From an uncultured Gammaproteobacteria bacterium (GTDB lineage: Bacteria > Patescibacteriota > Patescibacteriia > UBA1558 > GWA2-36-10): a stretch of DNA of 64,000 nt. Numbering within the stretch: the first letter of the stretch is position 1; the number at the start of each line of letters is the position of its first letter. Below the pieces are notes generated by a model that saw only the letters and a program-made list of their open reading frames with translations, searched no databases and was not told where the DNA came from. The stretch spans positions 525 to 64,524 of the forward strand of contig CAYRIU010000046.1 in the NCBI GenBank assembly GCA_964424615.1, written 5' to 3'. A program made the translations under genes and the position numbers. Positions 10,500 to 18,400 of this stretch are shown one piece after another.

Positions 10500-10540
10500 T
10501 TTTCAAAAAAAGGAGACCATCCGTAGACGATCTCCTAAAA
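10500..10540 (-). terminator. Rho-independent terminator for the island gene at 10572..10946.
   Basis: Minus-strand reading GGAGATCGTCTACGGATGGTCTCC followed by TTTTTTT. Confidence 0.5.
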
Positions 10541-10571
10541 ACCAAGTTACCAAGCGAACTGATACCCTGTC

Positions 10572-10946
10572 CTAAGCTGTCTTAGCCACCAGCTCGGCAA
10601 TTGCCTGTCTAGCCACACCCTCCTTGGGCTCGATCCAAACTATGTCGCTCAGTGGCAATACCTTGAAGGTATCGTGACAACAGACGGCGATGGAGCCCCG
10701 GAATCCAGCGGCCTGCAAGGCTGCCAAAAATTTCTCACCAGTATTTGGCAAGAACCCAAAGCCACCGCCCAAGACAACCCAGTTGGGATTGATGCTGACA
10801 ATCCCGTCAACCAGAGAATCAAAATGCAGACTAAACTGCATCACCAAAAGGTGACACGGCATGACTGCTGGGTCTCCCACCTGGAGCAAAGACCGCATGT
10901 GCCTAGGATCTTTATCCAAGACAACCACGGTAGAACGAGTAGCCAT
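10572..10946 (-). CDS. Hypothetical 124-aa protein in the GC-rich island (MATRSTVVVLDKDPRH...).
   Basis: Perfect GGAGG SD 5 nt upstream of the ATG at 10946. The track ORF is longer only through a TTG start. A minus-strand terminator hairpin (GGAGA...TCTCC plus T7) follows at 10500-10540. Confidence 0.5.
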   Translation of the reverse strand: MATRSTVVVLDKDPRHMRSLLQVGDPAVMPCHLLVMQFSLHFDSLVDGIVSINPNWVVLGGGFGFLPNTGEKFLAALQAAGFRGSIAVCCHDTFKVLPLSDIVWIEPKEGVARQAIAELVAKTA

Positions 10947-11076
10947 TGGAACCTCCTGTGACAACAACTCAAACAGGTGACTCACACACTTGATAACTTG
11001 CGAAGGGAACAAAACAGACAATTATTCTAATAAAATAAATCCTGAAAGTCAATAGAAAAACAGCTTAAAAGCTGTC

Positions 11077-11142
11077 TTGGTGCCGAAGGGGAGATTTGCC
11101 ACCGCCCGCGGGCGGGGTCCCGCTCGTGGCGGGAAACTCCCC
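11077..11142 (-). repeat. Partial copy of the tRNA-Leu 3-prime end (T-arm plus CTTCGGCACCA) with a GC-rich double-hairpin element inserted in the T-loop.
   Basis: Reads GGGGAG-TT[TCCCGCCACGAGCGGGACCCCGCCCGCGGGCGGTGG]CAAATCTCCCCTTCGGCACCA, compared with the intact GGAGGTTCAAATCCTCTCTTCGGCACCA 15 nt upstream. Confidence 0.7.
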
Positions 11143-11153
11143 AAAATTATTAT

Positions 11154-11240
11154 TGGTGCCGAAGAGAGGATTTGAACCTCCACAGCCTCACGGCTACACG
11201 GCTCTGAACCGTGCGTGTCTACCAATTTCACCACTTCGGC
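11154..11240 (-). tRNA. tRNA-Leu (anticodon CAG), long variable arm; CCA encoded.
   Basis: Hand-folded: acceptor GCCGAAG/CTTCGGC, anticodon loop TTCAGAG, T-arm GGAGGTTCAAATCCTCT. Confidence 0.75.
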
Positions 11241-11357
11241 TAGTCTAAAATCTATATCATATTATTATATTTATGCCTTGCTGTCCATATAGCATCAAAT
11301 AAAAATAGCTCCATTTTTTGGAGCTATTATTTTAAACTAGTTGTACAAAAATTATAA

Positions 11358-12500
11358 TTATTTTTTTGACAAAATATCATGATACAAGTCTACCATCCTA
11401 TCAATCATATTATCGGCTTTGAACATGATGGCTGTCTGACGAGCCTTGAGAGCCATGGCGTTTCGTAAATCTGTATCATGTAGCAATAGATTTATCTTAT
11501 CCTCTGCTTCTGCTAGACTATGGACAATAAAACCATTTTCACCATCACGGATAATCTCAGGCGCCACGCCCACTGGATAGCTGATCGGTACTAGCTGCTG
11601 GGACATGAGCTCAATGAGACTCAGAGAAAAACCTTCATATCTAGACAACAACAAAGCGATGCTGCCAGCTTGCTTTTGCAAAATTGCCGGTATCGTATCT
11701 TTGGCGGCATTGTCTAGGACTACATGCTTATCTATATTATGTTGCAACCATGATACCAATTTTTTATTTCTAGACATCACTATTGATAGCTTGGGGACAT
11801 GAGGAAATTTACGCAAAAGATAAATAAGCCTATCTACACCCTTGAGCTTAAAAGTAAAAGCATCTTCACCCATCCTACCAAGAAAAATAATACTAGGTTC
11901 TTGGACTGGCACTCTATCCAAATCATCAAACCAGTAATCTTCAATGGCGTTGTGTATGATGGTAATTTTTTTAGGATCGACACCAGCACCCACTAGATCA
12001 TCTTTGACTATCTGCGAGGTAGCTATGATGTAGTCAACATGATCAGCAGCATATTTTTCAATAGAAAAAATATCATTCAATGGTCTGCGAGTCTGGATAT
12101 TCACCTCCTTGAGTACGGCGTCTTTTTGTAGCTGATACAATATGTCAGCACAACCCTCTTCTAAAAGAGAAGTCTTGGGCACGGCTCTCAAAAATCCAAT
12201 AGTAGTAGAACCAAAATGAGATACTATGGGTCTAGAAAATCTTAAAAAAGCTAATGGTGTATAGGTGGTGCCCTGAATAATATCACATTTCAAAAATTCG
12301 TCGCGCTTTTCTAATAATGAATAAAAAAATAAAATATTATTTATACCTTTAAAATGCACAGGAGCATCATTGAGCAAAAATTTGGGATAAAAATTGCGTA
12401 CATCGACATGACGACTACGCAATTTAGAAACAATTAAATCATTGATAATATTGGCTCCTGTGCCAATCTTTTTTTCATTATGTATAAAAGCAATTTTCAT
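11358..12500 (-). CDS. Family-1 (GT4-like) glycosyltransferase.
   Basis: 380 aa; C-terminal GT-B fold region with EGFSLSLIE...GENGFIV resembling the E-x7-E motif of GT4 enzymes. Confidence 0.65.
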   Translation of the reverse strand: MKIAFIHNEKKIGTGANIINDLIVSKLRSRHVDVRNFYPKFLLNDAPVHFKGINNILFFYSLLEKRDEFLKCDIIQGTTYTPLAFLRFSRPIVSHFGSTTIGFLRAVPKTSLLEEGCADILYQLQKDAVLKEVNIQTRRPLNDIFSIEKYAADHVDYIIATSQIVKDDLVGAGVDPKKITIIHNAIEDYWFDDLDRVPVQEPSIIFLGRMGEDAFTFKLKGVDRLIYLLRKFPHVPKLSIVMSRNKKLVSWLQHNIDKHVVLDNAAKDTIPAILQKQAGSIALLLSRYEGFSLSLIELMSQQLVPISYPVGVAPEIIRDGENGFIVHSLAEAEDKINLLLHDTDLRNAMALKARQTAIMFKADNMIDRMVDLYHDILSKK

Positions 12501-12530
12501 TTTTTCTACTTAATGATAAAAAATATCCAG

Positions 12531-13121
12531 CTACCTTCTTTTGCTCTCCAACCAATCTGGTACTGGAATAAAAGTAATATTTGGCCAAGCATCTACCTCA
12601 GCCTCACTCACATCATAATATGTTTGATAAGCATTTTCTACACTACCATGAATAGCTTTTGTCCAATCTAAACTAAGTTGCTTCGCTATTTTTTGTAAAA
12701 TTTCTTCGCTTTTTCCTTCTAATTCCACAAAAGTTGGCAGCCAAGGCCAGGTATCTATTGTCACCTCTACTCCCTCTAGATCCCACCTTTCTCTCTTTGT
12801 TTCTTGATAAGATTTATTTTCCAAACCTATAGTGGAAAGTAAACTACAAATTTTATCAAAATCTTCGACTATCAGGGAAAGCTCTTTAGTGCCATCTATA
12901 TTTCTATTTAGTAGTTGTTTATAAGCTAATGTGACTTTGTCACCTTCATCACGTACCCTGATCCAGCCACCAATTTTTTCTAAACGACTATCAGGATAGT
13001 CAAAATTTTTACGGCGCATCAATCTTTCTTCGTGAACCAAAACAGCGCCATTTTTTTTCAAAATATCTCTCAAGCCATCTGGATTAATATCCAAAAATTT
13101 TGCTTCAATTTCTACTTGCAT
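12531..13121 (-). CDS. CYTH-domain protein (triphosphate tunnel metalloenzyme, class IV adenylyl cyclase-like). Start taken at the internal Met (MQVEIEAKF).
   Basis: The hallmark ExExK motif (EIEAKF) is at the N-terminus. The track ORF extends upstream only through a GC-hairpin repeat, so the shorter start is preferred. Confidence 0.65.
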   Translation of the reverse strand: MQVEIEAKFLDINPDGLRDILKKNGAVLVHEERLMRRKNFDYPDSRLEKIGGWIRVRDEGDKVTLAYKQLLNRNIDGTKELSLIVEDFDKICSLLSTIGLENKSYQETKRERWDLEGVEVTIDTWPWLPTFVELEGKSEEILQKIAKQLSLDWTKAIHGSVENAYQTYYDVSEAEVDAWPNITFIPVPDWLESKRR

Positions 13122-13142
13122 AAAATTTACTTGGTCGACCGT

Positions 13143-13159
13143 GTCCCGCAACGCGGGAC
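13143..13159. repeat. GC-rich palindrome GTCCCGCAACGCGGGAC (single-hairpin member of the tRNA-associated GC element family).
   Basis: Perfect 17-nt palindrome in AT-rich context immediately downstream of tRNA-Ala. The same core recurs at 14128-14146. Confidence 0.6.
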
Positions 13160-13199
13160 GACCTCTTACAAAAATGCCAGGCACTCTCCCAATATTGTC

Positions 13200-13276
13200 T
13201 GGTGGACCAAGTGGGATTCGAACCCACTACCTCTGCAATGCGAATGCAGTGCTCTACCAAATTGAGCTATTGGCCC
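13200..13276 (-). tRNA. tRNA-Ala (anticodon CGC) with a G3:U70 identity pair; CCA encoded.
   Basis: Hand-folded: acceptor GGGCCAA/TTGGTCC with G3-T70, anticodon loop TTCGCAT, T-arm GTGGGTTCGAATCCCAC. Confidence 0.75.
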
Positions 13277-13287
13277 CTCAAATAAAA

Positions 13288-13355
13288 TTGGGCGAATGCA
13301 GCGCTCTAGCCTCCGCCTCCGCCAGTTGGCGGATGGCGGATGAGCTAACGGCCCC
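13288..13355 (-). pseudogene. Degenerate 5-prime-half copy of tRNA-Ala (acceptor, D-arm, anticodon stem) with a GC-rich palindrome inserted in the D-loop. The copy is truncated after the anticodon loop.
   Basis: Minus-strand reading GGGGCCGTTAGCTCA[TCCGCCATCCGCCAACTGGCGGAGGCGGAGG]CTAGAGCGCTGCATTCGCCCAA, compared with the intact GGGCCAATAGCTCAATTTGGTAGAGCACTGCATTCGCAT. Confidence 0.65.
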
Positions 13356-13362
13356 TCAAAAG

Positions 13363-13439
13363 TGGTCGGGGTGATCAGACTCGAACTGACGACCTCAGCG
13401 TCCCGAACGCTGCGCGCTAGCCAACTGCGCTACACCCCG
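13363..13439 (-). tRNA. tRNA-Pro (anticodon CGG); CCA encoded.
   Basis: Hand-folded: acceptor CGGGGTG/CACCCCG, anticodon loop TTCGGGA, T-arm GTCAGTTCGAGTCTGAT. Confidence 0.7.
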
Positions 13440-13520
13440 CCTAAGCCAATTGACGATGCATCTTACAACAAAACAACAAATTTGTAAACAAATTTATCAG
13501 CTAAAAAATTTATTTTAATT

Positions 13521-13982
13521 TTATTTGTTTAGAAAAAAATTTGCCAACACTTGAAAAGTCAGTATCTTTGACATGAATAAAGCGCCCAAAACAATCAACA
13601 CTGCTCCAAAGGCAGCGCTCCATGTAAATTTTTCTCCCAAAAAAATAACAGCCAACACAAAAACGAAAACTATACTCAAGCGATCAATAGCCGAAGCCGT
13701 AGAAGCCTGACCTTTTTGAATGGCATAAAAATAAAACAACCAAGACAGTGCTCCTGCCACACCGCTCAAAATAATAAATAATAAAGCCTTACCTTCTATA
13801 GTATGTAGCAGTGAAGTTTTTTTCAAAGATACTGACACCAAGACCAAAAAAATAGCCATAACCACCGAACGAACAGTGGTAGCCAAGGTACTGTCAATAT
13901 TTTTTAAACCAATTTTACCAAAAATAGCAACTAATGCTGCAAAGATAGCTGAAAATAAAGCATAAATAATCCACAGTGGCAT
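13521..13982 (-). CDS. Small EamA-like (DMT family) membrane protein. Start taken at the internal Met (MPLWIIY), because the upstream extension overlaps tRNA-Gly.
   Basis: About 150 aa with 4-5 TM helices. The track ORF N-terminus runs through the tRNA-Gly gene and is therefore implausible. Confidence 0.5.
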   Translation of the reverse strand: MPLWIIYALFSAIFAALVAIFGKIGLKNIDSTLATTVRSVVMAIFLVLVSVSLKKTSLLHTIEGKALLFIILSGVAGALSWLFYFYAIQKGQASTASAIDRLSIVFVFVLAVIFLGEKFTWSAAFGAVLIVLGALFMSKILTFQVLANFFLNK

Positions 13983-14008
13983 AAATTTAATATTAATTTT
14001 TATATTAC

Positions 14009-14084
14009 TGGAGCGGGCAACCGGATTCGAACCGGCGATCTCTTGCTTGGGAAGCAAGCATTCTACCAACTGAACTATACCCGC
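14009..14084 (-). tRNA. tRNA-Gly (anticodon CCC); CCA encoded.
   Basis: Hand-folded: acceptor GCGGGTA/TGCCCGC, anticodon loop TTCCCAA, T-arm GCCGGTTCGAATCCGGT. Confidence 0.75.
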
Positions 14085-14114
14085 CTAAATCTTTTTTTAA
14101 TACACTGAAATTAT

Positions 14115-14231
14115 ACGGGTGGCGGGCAATCCCGCAACGCGGGACGATCTCTTGCTTGGCCCCGCCACGCGGGGTACCAACTGCCACCGCCACGGGCGGG
14201 GTCCCGCCAACGGCGGGAAACTATACCCGCC
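14115..14231 (-). pseudogene. Degenerate tRNA-Gly copy carrying three GC-rich hairpin insertions (one double-hairpin element in the D-loop plus two single hairpins). The anticodon arm and T-arm are lost.
   Basis: Minus-strand reading GGCGGGTATAGTT[TCCCGCCGTTGGCGGGACCCCGCCCGTGGCGGTGG]CAGTTGGTA[CCCCGCGTGGCGGGGC]CAAGCAAGAGATC[GTCCCGCGTTGCGGGAT]TGCCCGCCACC, compared with the intact tRNA-Gly 30 nt away. Confidence 0.7.
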
Positions 14232-14238
14232 TCAAAAA

Positions 14239-16827
14239 TCACGCTGCTTTGACGGTAATTTTTTTATTTGAATGTGCGCTAATATCAAAATCATATTTTT
14301 TGTAAAACAAACGCTTGCCAATCTCGATAAACATAAAATAAACAAAGACAATCAAGAAAATCGCCAAGACCATATATAGAGGTGGACGACCAAATTGGAA
14401 ATACTCACCTATCGCTGTGTATGGTATGATCCAGCCCAAAGCTACGCAAGTAAAAGTACTAAACAACAAATATTTACTAGGCCTACTCTGAATAAATGGT
14501 AATTTTTTGGTCCTGATAAAATGAATCACCAAAGTCTGAGTAGCTATAGACTCCATGAACCAACCCGCCTGAAACACTGACTGACTAGCATGAAAAACAC
14601 TATACAAAATATAAAAGGTTGTAAAGTCAAACAAGGAGCTAATCGGTCCAATCCACAACATAAAACGCTTGATAAACTGCATATTCCAACGCCTGGGTTT
14701 TTGTAGCCAATCCAGGTCAACATTGTCAGTCGGTATAGTCACCTGAGAAAAGTCATAAATAAAATTATTAAGCAAAATCTGTATAGGCAACATCGGCAAA
14801 AACGGTATAAAAAATACTACCAAAGTCATGCTGACCATATTGCCAAAATTTGAACTCAGACCCATCATGACATACTTCATGGTGTTGCCAAAAGATTTTC
14901 TACCTTCTAGCAAGCCCTCTTTCAAAATTTCCAAATTTTTGTGAGTCAAGACGATATCCGCTGACTCTTTGGCTACATCGACAGCATTGTCTACCGAGAT
15001 CCCAACGTCAGCTGCCTTGAGCGAAGGAGCGTCATTGATACCATCACCCAAGTAGCCCACCACATGACCATTGGCTCGCAGAGCATTGATCACTCTATTT
15101 TTTTGCTCCGGTGAAAAACGAGCAAAAATAGTAGTCTTCTCTACCATCACTGCCAAAGCATCATCAGTCAGATGCTCTACTTCGCTACCCATGATAGTAC
15201 CTTGGATCACCAAGCCGACTTCACGACAAATTTTGTTAGCCACTAGCTCATTGTCTCCGGTGATGACCTTCACTCGCACACCGACATTTCTCAAGTCTTC
15301 CAAAACTTGCTTTAAGCCTTTGCGTGGTGGATCAAGAAAAGCCACAAAACCACAAAGCTCTAGATCATTTTCATCCTGCTTGGTGTAGGATCTTTTTTTA
15401 CCAACAATTTTCTTGGTAGCGACAGCCAAAACACGATAGCCATCCCTACTCAAGCTCTCATAATACTCATGTGCTTTTTTGTGCCAAACTTTTCCAAATT
15501 TGGAAATCTTTTTGCCCTGTCTGAAGGTCTGACATTTTTTGAAGATCTCCTCTGGAGCACCCTTGGTGATCAACACTCTACCCTCTGCTCCCTCGACTAC
15601 GATACTCATCAAACGCCTGTTAAAATCAAATGGTATTTCGTCAATTTTTTTGTAGTGAGTGAGGGATATTTTTTTGAAATTAATAATAGCTGCGTCTAAG
15701 GGATTTTTTACACCAGTCTGAAAAAATCCATTGAGATAAGTATATTTGAAAACCTGCTCGTCATTTTCTCCTAGCAAGTTTGTATAGGTGACCAAAACTA
15801 TCTTGTCCTCGGTCAGTGTACCGGTCTTATCCGTACACAAAATATCCATACTACCAAAATTTGGAATGGCGGCTAATTTTTTGACTATCACTCCTTTTTT
15901 GGACATGCGTAGAGAGCCACGAGCCATAGTGATAGACATGATCATGGGTAGCAGCTCTGGCGTCACACCGACAGCCACTGCAATAGCAAACATAAAAGAA
16001 TCCAGAATCTGATGATTGATAAGAGAGTTAAATAAAAATATAAAAAGTACTAAAAAGAAGATTATCTTCATCACAAAATAACCAAAACGTGAAACACCAA
16101 TTTCAAATTCACTTTTTTCTTCTTTTTTGACTAGCTTGTTGGCTATCTGACCAAATTGAGTTTGGTTGCCAATCTTCAAAACTACAGCCGTAGCCGAACC
16201 GCTGACTACACTGGTGCCGGCAAATATAATATTACTCAAATCCACCAAAGGTATATCTTGGCCACGCAAACGCTTGGTATCTTTGGCATTGGGATATGAC
16301 TCACCAGTGAGAGCAGATTGATTGACATAAAAATCTTTGGCTTCGATAATGCGTGCATCAGCTGGCACTAGATTGCCGGCACTGATACTGATGACATCTC
16401 CTACACAAATACGAGAAGCTTTTACTTCTTTTTTCTGACCATCGCGTATGACTGTGGCCATAGTGCGAACTTTTTCTTTGAGGCGCTTGGCCGCTTGGCC
16501 AGCATTACGCTCTTCAAAAAAATCCAAAACCACACTCAAGAGTACCATGATAAATACAATGATAGCATTGCGCATCTCCCCAAAATAAGCAGAAATAGCG
16601 GTCACTATCAATAATATGATCACTAGAGGACTTTTGAAATATGAGAGAAATTCCAATACTACATTGAGCTCCTTTTTTTCTTCTATAGTATTGTAGCCAC
16701 AGATAGCGTGTCTTTTTTGAGCCGAACTATCTGATAAACCTTTGGCACTACTTTCTAATAATGAAAAAATATCGGCTATATCAAGCGTAGCAAAATATTC
16801 TAGCTTTTTATCTAATATATCTTTCAT
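14239..16827 (-). CDS. mgtA: Mg2+-importing P-type ATPase (MgtA-type). Start taken at the internal Met, because the track's 28-aa N-terminal extension overlaps the tRNA-Ile fragment.
   Basis: DKTGTLT phosphorylation motif, TGDN, GDGINDAPSLKAADVGI, 10 TM segments. Confidence 0.85.
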   Translation of the reverse strand: MKDILDKKLEYFATLDIADIFSLLESSAKGLSDSSAQKRHAICGYNTIEEKKELNVVLEFLSYFKSPLVIILLIVTAISAYFGEMRNAIIVFIMVLLSVVLDFFEERNAGQAAKRLKEKVRTMATVIRDGQKKEVKASRICVGDVISISAGNLVPADARIIEAKDFYVNQSALTGESYPNAKDTKRLRGQDIPLVDLSNIIFAGTSVVSGSATAVVLKIGNQTQFGQIANKLVKKEEKSEFEIGVSRFGYFVMKIIFFLVLFIFLFNSLINHQILDSFMFAIAVAVGVTPELLPMIMSITMARGSLRMSKKGVIVKKLAAIPNFGSMDILCTDKTGTLTEDKIVLVTYTNLLGENDEQVFKYTYLNGFFQTGVKNPLDAAIINFKKISLTHYKKIDEIPFDFNRRLMSIVVEGAEGRVLITKGAPEEIFKKCQTFRQGKKISKFGKVWHKKAHEYYESLSRDGYRVLAVATKKIVGKKRSYTKQDENDLELCGFVAFLDPPRKGLKQVLEDLRNVGVRVKVITGDNELVANKICREVGLVIQGTIMGSEVEHLTDDALAVMVEKTTIFARFSPEQKNRVINALRANGHVVGYLGDGINDAPSLKAADVGISVDNAVDVAKESADIVLTHKNLEILKEGLLEGRKSFGNTMKYVMMGLSSNFGNMVSMTLVVFFIPFLPMLPIQILLNNFIYDFSQVTIPTDNVDLDWLQKPRRWNMQFIKRFMLWIGPISSLFDFTTFYILYSVFHASQSVFQAGWFMESIATQTLVIHFIRTKKLPFIQSRPSKYLLFSTFTCVALGWIIPYTAIGEYFQFGRPPLYMVLAIFLIVFVYFMFIEIGKRLFYKKYDFDISAHSNKKITVKAA

Positions 16828-16901
16828 AACTAAAATAATTTTAGCATATTTCAGCAAAACAAAAAAACTGCCGAAGCAGTCTTGTTCTCTACTCAATGAA
16901 A

Positions 16902-16978
16902 TGGTGGGCATAGATTTTTGATACTTGCCACCGCGTAGCGGGGTCCCGCTCTGCGGGAAACCATCGACCCCGACTTTA
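16902..16978 (-). pseudogene. Degenerate 3-prime-half copy of tRNA-Ile (anticodon loop to CCA) with a GC-rich double-hairpin element replacing the T-loop.
   Basis: Minus-strand reading TAAAGTCGGGGTCGATGG-TT[TCCCGCAGAGCGGGACCCCGCTACGCGGTGG]CAAGTATCAAAAATCTATGCCCACCA, compared with the intact ...GTCGGGGTCGATGGTTCAAGTCCATCTATGCCCACCA. Confidence 0.7.
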
Positions 16979-17025
16979 CCTGCCCGCCGAACTAAGCACC
17001 TAAATCATATTATAAGATAAAAGTA

Positions 17026-17102
17026 TGGTGGGCATAGATGGACTTGAACCATCGACCCCGACTTTATAAGAGTCGTGCTCTAACCGACTGAGCTATATGC
17101 CC
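17026..17102 (-). tRNA. tRNA with anticodon UAU, probably tRNA-Ile reading AUA; CCA encoded.
   Basis: Hand-folded: acceptor GGGCATA/TATGCCC, anticodon loop CTTATAA, T-arm GATGGTTCAAGTCCATC. Confidence 0.6.
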
Positions 17103-17147
17103 TCGCAAAAAGTATTATAATTAAAGATTGATGTTTTGTGAAGTAGT

Positions 17148-18302
17148 CTATTCCTTACCCAAAAATTTCATCGCCTCTGCTAGCTTGTTGATCAATAAAT
17201 CTCTGGATTTGTCCAAAGAAAAATCTATCAACAATTTTACCATATTCTTTGACCCTTGGGGATTCAAATCTCGCACTAGATTCCACACATTGATATTATC
17301 TACAGCATAAATCCAGGCTTCAGTTTTTTCTAGCTCTACTTGATAAAAAATAATAGCCAACCTAGTGTCCGGAGTAGAGAGCATCAAATCTTTGACTAGC
17401 TCTTGAAAATCTTGGGGTAGAGTATCTATGTCGGCATGCTCTAGGTGAGAATATATGATCTGCCCCTTTTGCTTCAAACGAGACAAGATGCGACCCCAAT
17501 TTTTCAAAGTCATGATATCCTTCGTGCGATACAAGCCCTCGATGATAGACTGTCTATCTGCTCCTCCCACTATCAGCTGACTAGCTATCTCCAAAAGCTC
17601 TGGTGTCACTAGTGGTGACTGAAAACTATTGGTCGCAGCTATGATACCTGACAATAGGCAAGTAGACAATTCTTTGCTGAGCTGACTTTGAAAAAAATAA
17701 TAGCTAATCTCTGCCAAAGCAGTAGAGCTCAGCTCCACTATATTGAGCTGACCAAAATTTTCATTCAATATTGAACGATCAATATTGATAATATTGGTAT
17801 CATGAAAAAATCTTTTGTGCTCTGCAAATAAATTACCCAAAGAGTCCAAGCTACTCACACCCAAAGTGATGATCAAATTATAGGTCAAATGACCTTTTTC
17901 TATTTTGACATCTTGGCTATCAAAATTACCATCCTCTGGCAAAATATTTATACGCAATTCCTTATCTACTATATCATAGCTCAATTGCTTGACTCCTACT
18001 TTAGCAATATCCAAAACAATCTGAAACTTGTTGGCACTACTCAAGTCATTTTTTATCTCCAAAGTCTTGGGAAAAAAATTCCACACCTGATATTTTCCAG
18101 TCAAATAAATATCAGCCACCTTGCCTTGCTGACGCAAAAAAATCTGCCAAGCTGCAGCGGTGGCCACAATATCTATACTGGGATCTTGCGGTCCAGTGAT
18201 CAAAATACTATTAGCCTGGGAGATTAAGTTATTCAATTCTTTTACCGGAATTTGCATTTTTATCTTGTTTTGAACAAGTAAATCTATCCCAACACAAGAC
18301 AA
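17148..18302 (-). CDS. DHH/DHHA1-family (NrnA-like) protein with a degenerate catalytic motif (DHH replaced by DRS; no GGGH). Probably non-catalytic.
   Basis: INIDRSILN aligns with the INIDHHxxN of NrnA at 23466. LLSGIIAATNSFQSP aligns with LITDTGGF. The DHHA1 GGGH motif is absent. Confidence 0.5.
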   Translation of the reverse strand: MSCVGIDLLVQNKIKMQIPVKELNNLISQANSILITGPQDPSIDIVATAAAWQIFLRQQGKVADIYLTGKYQVWNFFPKTLEIKNDLSSANKFQIVLDIAKVGVKQLSYDIVDKELRINILPEDGNFDSQDVKIEKGHLTYNLIITLGVSSLDSLGNLFAEHKRFFHDTNIINIDRSILNENFGQLNIVELSSTALAEISYYFFQSQLSKELSTCLLSGIIAATNSFQSPLVTPELLEIASQLIVGGADRQSIIEGLYRTKDIMTLKNWGRILSRLKQKGQIIYSHLEHADIDTLPQDFQELVKDLMLSTPDTRLAIIFYQVELEKTEAWIYAVDNINVWNLVRDLNPQGSKNMVKLLIDFSLDKSRDLLINKLAEAMKFLGKE

Positions 18303-18350
18303 ATGTCAATGTCTTGCTTGCCTTTTTGGCAAGCAAACGGCTGTATTTCC

Positions 18351-18379
18351 TTGACTTTTTCTCGAAAATATAGTAAATT
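18351..18379 (+). promoter_or_regulatory. Sigma70-like promoter for infB (TTGACT, 17 nt, TAAATT). Two perfect palindromes lie just upstream (18290-18340).
   Basis: Sequence match. Palindromes CAAGACAAATGTCAATGTCTTG and TTGCTTGCCTTTTTGGCAAGCAA lie between the divergent genes. Confidence 0.4.
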
Positions 18380-18400
18380 ATGGGCTAATATAACAGCCAA

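Larger units (their letters stand above)
9890..11045. other. GC-rich compositional island (about 50% GC versus about 33% background) between tRNA-Ser and tRNA-Leu. It carries two convergent small genes with canonical SD sequences.
   Basis: There is an abrupt composition shift visible in the sequence. One side is bounded by the partial tRNA-Leu 3-prime copy at 11077-11089. Genes inside have GGAGG-type SDs, unlike native genes. Confidence 0.6.

Noticed and set aside
14005-14193. 62-aa ORF, and the 5-prime extensions of the 13521..14069 and 14239..16911 ORFs, running through tRNA-Gly and the tRNA-Ile fragment.
   Set aside because: They overlap tRNA genes or GC-hairpin repeats, so the shorter internal Met starts were used instead.
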